DNA of 64,000 nt from Amphiscolops sp. MND2022 (Eukaryota). Under the pieces are notes generated by a model. It saw only the letters and a program-made list of their open reading frames with translations. It was not told the origin of the DNA and ran no database searches. The position numbers and the translations under genes are program-made. This document shows positions 23,301-33,953 of this stretch, piece after piece. The DNA lies in contig OZ076412.1 in NCBI GenBank assembly GCA_964187785.1, forward strand, positions 58,468,001 to 58,532,000, given 5' to 3'. Position 1 is the first letter of the stretch. The number at the start of each line of letters is the position of its first letter.

Positions 23301-26300
23301 TTCCGAAAACAGGGTTCGGAAAAAAAAAAAGATTTGGAAAAAATCGTGTTTAAAACGTTTAAAACATAATTTTTTTTGTTTAAAACATGTTTAAAACTCT
23401 AAATAAATCACATAAATACTTCTAACACTAAACGACATAAGTACATGAATTACTGCAACAATCGAAGACAGAATGCAAGTTTGTTGGCTTTTTCAATGGA
23501 TAGTCGATTTCGTGTCTCATCGTGGACGAACCCCAAGCTACTGAATATGCCTTCTAAGCCTGCCGAACTTGGGATCAAAACCAGAAGCACATCGGCAATT
23601 TTTTTGATATCTTCCGACAAATTGCCCAAGATTACTTGAGATTTCAAGAATTTATAAATTTCACAGTCCGGTGCCGCATCAAATTCACGTTTCAACTTTT
23701 CGTTTTGTCCGCCAATGTATTCCAAAATGCATGATTTGGACTTTGGATACCACGTGGTCAAGAAATTCACACCCTTTCGAAACTCTGCGGTCGTTAAATT
23801 TTTGCCCAGATATTTAGGATGCAATATATTAACTGCAAACCACACATCTGGTACAGCTTGGGCAAAGCGCCCCTCTGCTGCGGCAAGCCATTCGCGAGCA
23901 TCATCCATATCACGATAGGTGTTTAAAAGTTTTTTCCATGCCTCAACTGCACATCCTAAATCGCATGTATCTGCTTGTAGTGTATTCAAAGCAACCGCAA
24001 TAGGCCTGCGACACTTAACAGCATCTTCGACATTTTTATACAGAAAAACGTCTTTAATTGTCCTTTTAACGTCCTTGGCCGGACCGTTGCAAAATTCATC
24101 TTGGTGTTCCTCAACTATATCTTCGAGGTTTCCCCAGTTTCGAATGTACCATCCCAAAGTAGTAATACAGCTATTCCAGCGAACATCGCTTGGCAAAGAA
24201 GGTTTTGTAGATTCTGGTTTTGCAACCAGCCACGAATGGGGCAAATGAGAATTTCGAAAATGTTTCGCGACTTTAACAATTTTTTTCACAACATCAGAGG
24301 GATGCAAATCTTTGGCTAGCAAATTTAGCATATGCGCACCACATCCGTAGGCAATAATTTCTGGATAATCCGAAACAACAAGAGAGCGCATTTTTTTCAT
24401 ATTTCCTGCATTATCCGTGACGATGGATACAATTTTACATTGGTATTCTGTTTGAACATCCACGATAATTTCCTTTGTTATATCACGTAGGAATTCGCCG
24501 GTATTCTTGTTTCCACTTGCATCCACACTTCGAACAAGGAACACTTTATCCTTATGTTGCACCGACATGCCCACCACCGAGTCACTGGCTACATTTGACC
24601 ATCCATCAACGCACAATGAAACCATACATCCGTTCAAAATATCTTTTGCCCCGCATTTCAATTCGTTATAAACCTCATCAAGTAAAACGCCTCCAATTGC
24701 CTTGGAATTCGGTGGTTTGTAACCAGGACGAAGATTGTTGACCATGTTTTTGAACTCCTTAGAATCTGCTGCGCGGAATTGTATGTTCGAACCGTAAAAA
24801 AATTTTGCAATTGATTTGTCAAATAACTTCTCAGCAGAAGTAGTTGAAATAACGAAGGACTCCATTGACATTTGTTTGCTTGAAGAAGAAAGGTTACTCG
24901 ATGCTGAGTCTTCGGAGCAATGAGTTTGGGAAAAATGCTCCTTCATTCGGGCCACTAAAGGAGCCTTCTCCCATGTGCAGTGTTTACATTTAGCCTTCTT
25001 TCCATCTTCGGTGAGATCAAATTCCATCCAAATCGCATCTCTCTTCCGACCAGTGGTTGTGACTGGAGTACTCATGTCCAATCTGAAAAAAGAAAAAAAC
25101 AATTGAACAGAATGAAGGTTTTCGTTATGTTTAAAACACTGTTTAAAACATGTTTAAAACACGTTTAAAACAAGGCATGTTTTAAACATGCGAACCCTAT
25201 CCGAAAAGTTTACGAATTTTACGAAATCATTACAGTATCCTTTTTATTTCGAATTGTTCGCCGCATCTTTTCCGAAAAACAATAAGCAGAGATTGTCGCA
25301 AGTAATGATTATCCGTTACAGGAAGTGATTGGTTTGGGTGTCAACCTTGATTGGGTATAAATTCATGTGAGCATGAAATACTACTAACCATAGAATTGTG
25401 CAGTCCCAAATGATGTTCAGCCAGCATTCGCAGACCCAGACGACTGGTTAGCATTCGGTCCAGAAACATTCGTACTTCCCTCATGTCCTAAAGACAGTAC
25501 AGTACATTACATTAATTTGTAACTGTAATGAATTTCCAAAAAAGTATATGCATCATTTCCACATAAATTTTATGGGAATATATCACACTTCATAAAAGAT
25601 TTGCGGAATAAAAAATCTTTCGGTTCCTGGTTTTTGGAGACATTCCTTATTACTGATTTGTCCAAAAGAAGTGCAAACCTTGTGAATATTCAGCGAAAGC
25701 AACCAAATCTTGGAATTTAATCTTTGTTACTCGAATACTTGAGCAAAAAATAATGCTACCAGTAAAGGATAATAAACTTGAGCATCAAATCCTTTGAAAT
25801 TACTTCATATAACGGTCAAAAGTTGACCAACTATCGCTTTCTGTCAATTAAATATATCTCACTTATCTGCTAAGAGAGTTCGAAAATGTATAAACAGACG
25901 ATGGCCCAGAATTGAACTGAACCAAATGGCTTTGACTTTGGCGGAAACAATACTTGTCTAGAGCATTTTCAATAATATTCCAGTTTACGCAAACTTATAA
26001 AGAAAATCCCCCAAACACGTCACTGAATTGCAAGTGAAGAATTATAATGAACAAACGATCAGTCGATCACTTGCTCGCGAAGAGAAGTATCTTCAATGAC
26101 GTATTTTGAGGTGCCTTGTTGGTACTAACCAATGCGTCAGTGAACTTGTCATTGATGTTTCCCTCCGTGAGGTATCTGCGACTCTCCTTGAAGCCACTGG
26201 CCAGCATGGTGACCACGTCCTTGTGGTCGTTGAGCACGCCTCGCAAGAAGTGGCAAAACTGTTGCTCGGAGGTGGAGTCATCGATGGCCGGACTCTGGAC

Positions 26301-29300
26301 GAGAAGCTTGAATGAGCGCACATACAACTCCTGCACACTGAGTAGGATCGGGTTTATTGCTATGATGAAAGGCAAACGACGGAACCCGGCTATTCTATGG
26401 GCAACTCTGACGGGAAGTTCCTTCTGTAAGTACTGCGCACTTCTCTAAAACAACTTCTTCTTCTCTTTTCATGGCTATGGAAAAGTTTGTTTTTCAGAGT
26501 TTCAGCAGCCATTTACAACATTCGCTAACTTTAAAATAATCTTTAACTTGCGAATCCAAATACATTTGCATTTGAAGAATGTACAGCTAAGTTTCATTCA
26601 AGCCTTTTCAAAGTCTCGCGACTTTATCATATTTTGTGGGCTGTTTATAGAAAAGGTTAAAATTTTATTGGGTGTTGAAACTGAAATCGCTTAGAAATTA
26701 ATACATTGAATTGTTGTTACAAAAAACTATTTAGAAAACATGAAACATTGCGGCTTGATCTCGAGTTTTCCCTTCGCAAATAACCTAATACCGAATTAAC
26801 ACCTGATACCCTGCTTCGGCCCGTCAAAATCACCATATGAGTGTCTTTCACCTTTCTGGGGTTCTGGAGTGTTTCATTCTGAGTACCAGTTGAAAGTTTA
26901 GGCGAGGCAAAATTTTAGAAGTACACTGAACTGCAATTCTGCGATGACTACTATAATGGATCCATATGATACGAATTTAATCGAGCTGTTTATTTTTCCA
27001 GTCATCAAATTATTACCAACATAACTAAGAAATCCATCGTAGTTTTCCTTAAATGGATATGACGTATTGCATCGTAATAAACAGTACAGCTGGCAGCATT
27101 TAAAGATTTTTAACAGCAACCGTTTTAAAAACAATTTCTCAAGAATGTGCTTAAAATGCGGTAAGATAAATCAATGCCATTTGCATTTCCGATGAATTTG
27201 TCAAATTGAATATCTCGGTTTTTGCAAACCGCTTCTGCAAAAATCCATTTAATGGATTCATTACATTTTCACGTCGCCTAATTCAGTTTTCCAATTGAAA
27301 ATTCAATCACTGAACTGGATAAAAAAGCTTTGGTAAAAACAATGACATGTCGAATACGAGAACAGAAAGAACATGAGCTGCTCACCAGTAGATGTAAACC
27401 ATCCGAAGAGCCTCCAGTGTACAACATGCTCGCTGGAGTCAACCTCACTGACGGCTGAAATGAAATAGACTTGATATTAAACTCACAAGCGTACTTGATT
27501 TGAAATCACTATCATATAGATATTAAACACAGAGACGAAGCCGTGCTTCGCAAACACTTGCGAACTTTTGAAGAAAACCAATAAGCAATATTATACGGAA
27601 AACCAAGGGTAAAAGGAGATTAAAATTTCATCAATTTTACAGCACCAAAAAATACCCGAAGGGATACGCGTAAGCCTCGAAAACCATTCTTCCCCAACTG
27701 AAAACAGCAAAAAACCCATTCTTTCTCAACGGAAAACCTTAAACAGAAAATAGAAAAAAAAATTCAAAATTTTTCGAAAACATTTTTGATGGTCTTCGGT
27801 AAGTCGCAAAGCCTCGAGGAGTCCTCTCGCAAAACGTTTCGTTTCTTGTAAAAATTGAGCAGGGGCTTCGGTGAAAACGAATTTTAAAAAAGTCGCATAG
27901 AAAAAAGATCGGTCTTTAAAAAAACGGTTTCTAAAAAGTGGACCGATCAGTGTGAGGATTGTAGTCTGAAAAAACAAGACGGGAACGTCTAAAATCGGCG
28001 CTATATCCAAGGCTCAAAAAGCGCACAAAGTTTTTAATTGTAAAAGGGGGGACTCTTTGGGCTTTTTGAAAATCCAGTTTGTTGCAAAATGTTTAAAAAA
28101 ATTGAAGGAGCGACCCTTCGGAGACATTAAAAACTTTCGAAAAAAATTGAAAATTTTCGAAAAAAACGAAAAATGAGAATTTTGAATAGTCTCAAAATGC
28201 CGAAAAATGTAAAAAGGGGGACCCTTAAGGCTTTTTCAACATCCATTCAGTTGCAAAACACCAAAAAATAGAAGGGGGACCCTTTGAAGACTTTAAAAAA
28301 TTTCGAAGTCTCACAAAGCCGGAAAAAGGGGCGGGGAAAGTCTCATAGCGCCGAAAAATTGGAAGGGGGACCCTTCTGGGTTTTGCATTTCAAGGTAGAG
28401 GCCTTTGGATGCGTTCAAAATCAAGTACTGAGTACTTTTGTTAAACGTGAATACTTCACAAAAAATGGTACATACGCTATGAGTGAAAAGTCTGACGAAA
28501 AAAAACTAGCCACTGTAATAGTCGGGCTCTTTTCACTAGAAAAGCGCCGACTAAAAACAAGACGAGAACGTCTAAAGTCGGCGCTATATCTAAGGCTCAG
28601 AAAGCGCAAAACATTTTTTTCGGAAAAAACTGAAAATTTTTGAAATTTTTTTCTTTCGAAAAATGTCACAATGCCGAAAAATGGTAAAAGGGGGACCCTT
28701 TTGGATTTATTAACAAACATTCTGTTGCAAAATATCAAAAAAAACTCGAAGGGGGACCCTTTAGGGACATTTAAAAATTTTCGAAAAGTCGCACGGTGCC
28801 GAAAAAAAATCGAAAAGGGGGGCCCTTTAGTCTCGTCCGGTTTTGTAGGTTACCTTTAAAAAGTAAATGAAAGGGGGGACCCTTTGCACTCAGTTTGCCT
28901 TAGCGGGACTTGGCCTTAGTGGTTTCAGGAATGTTTCTAAAATTCTAAAAAGTGGACCGATCAGTGTGAGGTATGTGGTTTGAAGAAAAAAAGGTCAGTG
29001 TTATAGTCGGGCATTTTTCCTTAAAAGGAAAACGTGCCGACTAAAAAGGTCACTGTAAGAGTAGGGCATTTTTCGTTGAAAGGAAAAAGCGCTGACTAAT
29101 AACTCAGTCTGGAAACTAGGTAGATCAATTTTTAGTGCTCAGCCCAAAAAACATCGGAAAAGTGTACAGATTACACACTTGGCTTCTACAGTGTTATTAC
29201 ATAATCATTTTGGAAAAATAATTGTAAATAGGTCAAAATGACTTCAGATTGAATTGGCCGAAGGGCGAAATCTCTTGTAACAGTTTTCACATCAATTCAA

Positions 29301-30508
29301 CTATGCGTGTTCTCCTCAGTGGGTGTCTTGCCTCCTTTTCAAACTCGCGACAGGAACCTCTCAACCCAGGCTGATGGATCTAACTGACAAGTACTTACTC
29401 GGGAGGCATATTGGTCCACTTCTGGCTGATTGTAAAGGTGATGCAGTCTGTCTATTCCAGAGAGCTGCTGACCCAGAAGCCCAGTGGCACTGCTGGAAGT
29501 GGAGTCTAGGGACGAACTGCGAGGAACAGTGTGGTACACAAAGCTCTGAGATGATGACGCGTTTTTGTAAGTATCCTGGCCAGATTGCATGTGCTGATCA
29601 TCTTCTAAATCCTATGTTGAAGGTATTTTCCACCTTGATATATTCTAACATGCATACAATCGTAAGGAAATGCATGAAAAGTTCAGAAACAAAAATGAAA
29701 AATTACGAACGTATTTTCCTACGTATGAACATTCAGAAAACTGTTCTAACTTTGTACAAATAAAATTCAAACGTGAACTTTTCATTTTAGGAATTTTAAG
29801 GAAAATTTAGATAACTCGATAAATACAGGCACCATAAACTCAAGCTTTCGGTGTTGTTTACTTCGGAAGAAATTGTATTTTGGAGTATAAATATACTATA
29901 TGGCAAAATTCGGAAAAACAAGGGACTGATAGGTTATTTTTCTTCCAAGGAAAGAAATGCTAAGAGTTCTAGAGTCTGTATTTTACTTTAATAGCATGAG
30001 AATTTCAAAATAAATATTAGAGAAAAATCTTCTGTTGATGAAAAAGTTGTTATTTCGATAAGCGAATCGTTTCTTACAAAAGTGAGCACTCATGCATCAT
30101 GTGAAAGAATGTCGATAAAAACTGACAGACTGGTCGAGATCGCAATGTCATTTTACGATTCCTAGATTTCTTCTAGATTAAAATAATCGAAAAAAAAATT
30201 TTCTAAAAAACAGAAAACTGTCTGGGAAAACATGGGCCTCTAACTATTTCTAAGTTCAATTTCTCAGCAAGGTTACCAACTCTGTGATTGTCGGGGGTGG
30301 TATCCGAAGCACTACTGCTGGACGTGTCTTCAGTGGCATCTCCATTGGAGTTGTCAAAACCTTTGGAACTGGAACCGAGGAGTCGGTGGTGAGGACGACT
30401 TTTCAAAAAGATTTGAGGGGGCTGCCGTTGAGTGACACGAACTGCATGTTTAGAAATAACCAGCTGGCCGGAATTGTATATTGCACGACTGTGAGTGAGA
30501 CGCTTCAT
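20396..30508 (-). CDS. BCKDK: Branched-chain alpha-ketoacid dehydrogenase kinase, mitochondrial (spliced, 3'-partial)
   Basis: GT-AG exons in consistent phase: 30508-~30281 (transit-peptide-like), 29611-29399 (LYNQPEVDQYASR), 27454-27386 (PSVRLTPASMLY), 26444-26130 (SAQYLQKELPVRVAHRIAGFRRLPF), 25487-25389 (FLDRMLTSRLGLRMLAEHH), 23032-22830 (PLDYILPELLKNALR), 22433-22329 (ATVE), 20542-20396 (ISDRGGGVP...GPMHG). The terminal G-box exon was not found. Confidence 0.93.
20967..22036. mobile_element. Non-autonomous DNA transposon with CCC..GGG ends, TA TSD and subterminal TTCTTGCAAGA-type repeats (CMC/EnSpm-like)
   Basis: TA|CCCCAGTCGAACTCCCATACATTTC ... GAAATGTATGGCGGTTCGGCTAGGG|TA, with many internal CTTGCAAGA / CTTCCAAG repeats. 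Confidence 0.75.
23310..25199 (-). mobile_element. Full-length hAT DNA transposon in a BCKDK intron
   Basis: TIRs CAGGGTTCG / CGAACCCTA, perfect 8-bp TSD TCCGAAAA (23302-23309, 25200-25207), and subterminal GTTTAAAAC repeats at both ends. Confidence 0.95.
23450..25075 (-). CDS. hAT transposase (~541 aa from ATG 25075)
   Basis: BED finger (IW..F...AKCKHC...MKEH...H), VDGWSN, VTDNAGNM, CGAH, VRW, and the dimerization motif PSSAGLEGIFS. No stops. Confidence 0.93.
   Translation of the reverse strand: MSTPVTTTGRKRDAIWMEFDLTEDGKKAKCKHCTWEKAPLVARMKEHFSQTHCSEDSASSNLSSSSKQMSMESFVISTTSAEKLFDKSIAKFFYGSNIQFRAADSKEFKNMVNNLRPGYKPPNSKAIGGVLLDEVYNELKCGAKDILNGCMVSLCVDGWSNVASDSVVGMSVQHKDKVFLVRSVDASGNKNTGEFLRDITKEIIVDVQTEYQCKIVSIVTDNAGNMKKMRSLVVSDYPEIIAYGCGAHMLNLLAKDLHPSDVVKKIVKVAKHFRNSHLPHSWLVAKPESTKPSLPSDVRWNSCITTLGWYIRNWGNLEDIVEEHQDEFCNGPAKDVKRTIKDVFLYKNVEDAVKCRRPIAVALNTLQADTCDLGCAVEAWKKLLNTYRDMDDAREWLAAAEGRFAQAVPDVWFAVNILHPKYLGKNLTTAEFRKGVNFLTTWYPKSKSCILEYIGGQNEKLKREFDAAPDCEIYKFLKSQVILGNLSEDIKKIADVLLVLIPSSAGLEGIFSSLGFVHDETRNRLSIEKANKLAFCLRLLQ
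27973..29100. mobile_element. Nested head-to-tail array of Helentron-like non-autonomous elements (HINE family A)
   Basis: Units start AACAAGACGGGAACGTC (stem-loop) plus ARTCGGCGC and end TAGTCGGGC...GCGCCGACTAAAAA (sub-TIR plus internal IR). Junction at ~28556, extra tail at 29048-29100, no TSD, A/T-run junctions. Confidence 0.7.
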
Positions 30509-32317
30509 TTGATCACGTAGACCCCATGCACTCTATTATATCGACCTATGAATCATCTACAAATATCAAACGTGGCTGGCAGTCATTGCAATTTCACCAG
30601 TGCCCTGAAGTTGAGAAGCATGACCCAAAGGTGGTCACATTTGGAAGACAGTGTCCAACAAAAAGGGGTAGTACAAATTATCTGAAAAACAAATACTTGT
30701 ATCTAGAAGTACATCGCAACCATTAAGTGAATCTTGCACTCAGATTTAAATCACGAAATATAATACAAGTGGCTAAATTAGTTAGTTCAAAAATTACGGC
30801 TTGCCTGCGAAAGTACCCGAATCAGGTAGATCTTTGATATTCACAATAAAAAACGAAAGAGAATAGTTTCTTAAACTAAAATGCTTGGACTTTTTGAAAA
30901 ATTTGATTCGGACGCATCTATTGTAAATGGAAGCAACAATCAGTTTGCAAATCTCATCTCCCTGTATGTAGTGCATCAACATATCGGGAGCCTGACATAT
31001 CGCAGTTGAGAAAAGTGTGCAACAGATTAGATATTTATCCAATTTGCCCCCGAACCACAATTGGAGCATTGTTCTCTTCGAATTGCAATAGGAGAACCAA
31101 TTGAATAAGACGTACACAAGCGCATGCTCACAACTCAACACTTACTTTACTTTTAGTCTTCATGTAGACCTTGGCGGCGAACGATTCTAGTAGCAAAAGT
31201 GCCTAGATATTATTTCTTTTCATTAGAAGACTGTCGTGAAAAACTGTTCAACTTGATTATTCAAGTCACAAAACTCGAAACAACTTGCACTTTCCTAAGC
31301 CACAGCGAATTTATCAATAATGTTATGTTGATATATGTATATAACAAAAAATATGCACTTCGCGTAAATTGTATGAACTCAATTAGTTTAATCGACTTTA
31401 AATCAGATTTCTTCGCCTGCCAAGACGAAATTATATATCAAGAATTGGATCCAAAATATGTACGCTATATACATAATTTTATGAAATGTTAAAAAACGCA
31501 GCAGCAAGAGTGTAAAACACAGACCTGGCCACTGTCTGTAAAAAAAAACATCACAAAACTCAAATTAGTGAGTGATTAGTTAGTCTTTTCCCAAAATAAT
31601 TTCATTAAAAAGGCACATAGTGCCGAAAAAAATAAAAAGGGGGCCCTTTGGCCTAGTCTACCCATGCAAACGTGAAAACTTCTTAGAGCTGGAAAGGATT
31701 CGAACCTAGGATTTTAAAGATTTTTTTACGAATCAGTCAGTTCGAGTGGTCTTGAAAAAGACACTACTACAGTCAGCGTTTTGTATCGTAAGCACCGACT
31801 GCAAAAGAAGCACGTGCTCTTTTGTTTGCTTCTTTTTTCTTTCGTAAAAGAAGTTGGGCGGTGACTTCAAGGTTTAGTGTGCGAACTTTTCTGAAGCCAT
31901 GATCAGAATCCATAGTTAATGATAACTGAACACGGAAAAATTTGATGGTTTCTCGGAATTCCGAACAGCCTGCTATTTCACCAACGAAGGCGTGAAGTTT
32001 CGCATCTGAAAAAAACTTCTATTGACTGTCAGGTGTTTCATTCATCGGCGAAATAGAATAAAATAGCGAACTAAAACGTTATCTTAATCCAATTTTAGAA
32101 TTAAGACTTATTTCACACTATGTGATTTCACGTTAAACTGATCATCCACATTTTTACAGAAAAACGGCAGAATTGGATTTCAGAGAGCATCAAATCACCT
32201 TCTTCCTCAATTTCGATTTAACGAGTGCAGAGAGAATGAAGTTTCAGTAATTGAAATCTCTTCAATTGAGAGAATAGATAAAATTTGAATATGAAAGGGA
32301 AATTCAAAATAAGCTCT

Positions 32318-32923
32318 TCAAGACTTTCTGAACACCAGTATCCAGTTATTGGACGGCATCGCTACTTTCGCCTCCAGACTAAAATTGTTCTCTCCAGCTA
32401 CAGAACTTAGCTCACTGGTGTCCCGGTAACCCCATGAAGGGTTCTGATGTCTCAGAGACCTGTCAAAACTCTGATTGCTTTCGGGAGAAATGACTCCGTC
32501 CACAGAAAAAGGACCATAGATCAGAAAACACTTCCCACTTTTCAGAGCCTTGTCTGCTATCTTGAACGCCCCGATTGAGCATTCAAAGGGCGAAATGTGA
32601 GTGAAATTTGAGGCGAACATCATGTCGAACATTGTGTCCGTTTCGAACAAGTTGGGGCTACTGAGATCAATTAGAATGGGATCTTTCACATTGGAAGAAA
32701 CATTGAGATGATCACGATAAGCCTTGATGCTGTTCAGGCATTTCGCATCCACTTCCGAGGGTTGAAAAGTAACGCTGGGCAAGTTTCGGGCAAAATAAGT
32801 TATGTGGATGCCGGTTCCAGATGCCAGCTCCAGAAGATTGGACACATTTTCTTTCTGGACGTATTCACTCAAGACGTCCAAAATGAATGATTTATTCCGT
32901 TCGCAAGCTGGAGCCGATAACAT
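32318..32923 (-). CDS. METTL26: Methyltransferase-like 26 (DUF938 family), single-exon CDS, 201 aa
   Basis: APACERNK, LLELASGTGIH, FQPSE, NFTHISP, LIYGPF, SNQSFDRSLR..NPSWGYRD, MPSNN. Confidence 0.95.
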   Translation of the reverse strand: MLSAPACERNKSFILDVLSEYVQKENVSNLLELASGTGIHITYFARNLPSVTFQPSEVDAKCLNSIKAYRDHLNVSSNVKDPILIDLSSPNLFETDTMFDMMFASNFTHISPFECSIGAFKIADKALKSGKCFLIYGPFSVDGVISPESNQSFDRSLRHQNPSWGYRDTSELSSVAGENNFSLEAKVAMPSNNWILVFRKS

Positions 32924-33953
32924 TGCTCCAGGTCACAACAGTTTCTCAACAGTCAGTTGAAATGCTTTAAAGAGGCCACATATCATCTAGAAGTGAACCA
33001 GAAGCCATACCATGCACTACAAGCAACATTCCAGAAAGAAAAACCTGATTTTAAACGTTGTCATAACTCTTCTGGAATCTTTTAAAACAAGCTGATTTCT
33101 TTCAACACTGGCAAAATACCAACATTGCACTTTTTAGATAAACTCCTATTTTGGAAGCGAAGCGACGTACCGCAACTTGTACAGGGGCAAGACATGAGCT
33201 GCCTCGGAAGGAGGACGACTTTATCTTCCATCCAAAAGAGTTATCAATGAGGATAGTTCCTAACAACTACTGCTGTATTTCGACGTCTCGCATATTTTGA
33301 CTCATACGGAAGCCACGCCACTATTTCATTCTCTCCATTGATTTTTCAATGGCAGGGACGAGCATTTCGTTTTAATAACATCTCATGTACTCCGAGCGCA
33401 AGTTCAAGTTTTCATTACCTTCGATGTAGAAATGATTCCTTCATTTCACCTTTTAGGACGCTATTTTGAAGATATGAAAGAATGTTGGTTCAGTAACTAC
33501 TGTCGAGATATCACCAACCGAAATCAATATCATTTTTTGAAGTACTCCAAATTTACTGTTTCCCTTTTAAGTAGCGACTCTGAGAAAAATCAGTTCACCG
33601 CTTAGCTAAAATTCTATTTTTTATTTCTGTACACAAATGTAAACAATGGTGCAATCATAAATTATGTCAATGAGTCTTATACCTCGAAAAATTTCGCCAT
33701 GAAACTTCATTACATTTTATCAAAATTTATTATTCTGCTGTCATTCCGTGGAAGGCACATACACAAAAACAATGAGACCAATAGGCAGACCACGGTGTCA
33801 AAACGCTAACATCATCCAGGTATCTGCTATGACGTAAGAACTAGAAACGACTCGGGGGATCTGTTATACAGACAATCAACCACCCAATGCCATGCTGTGC
33901 ATGATTCGCCGTCTTGATCTGCATGATGAAGTATTTCAACATCTTGACAAAGT

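Noticed and set aside
25082..25389. In-frame BCKDK-transposase fusion protein
   Set aside because: The BCKDK donor is phase 0 while the transposase acceptor is phase 2; the joined frame stops after ~21 codons.
28284..28859. Lys/Phe-rich ORFs in repeats (also 35304-36061, 58612-59020, 62029-63314)
   Set aside because: Chance frames in A/T-run-rich non-autonomous elements; not conserved between copies.
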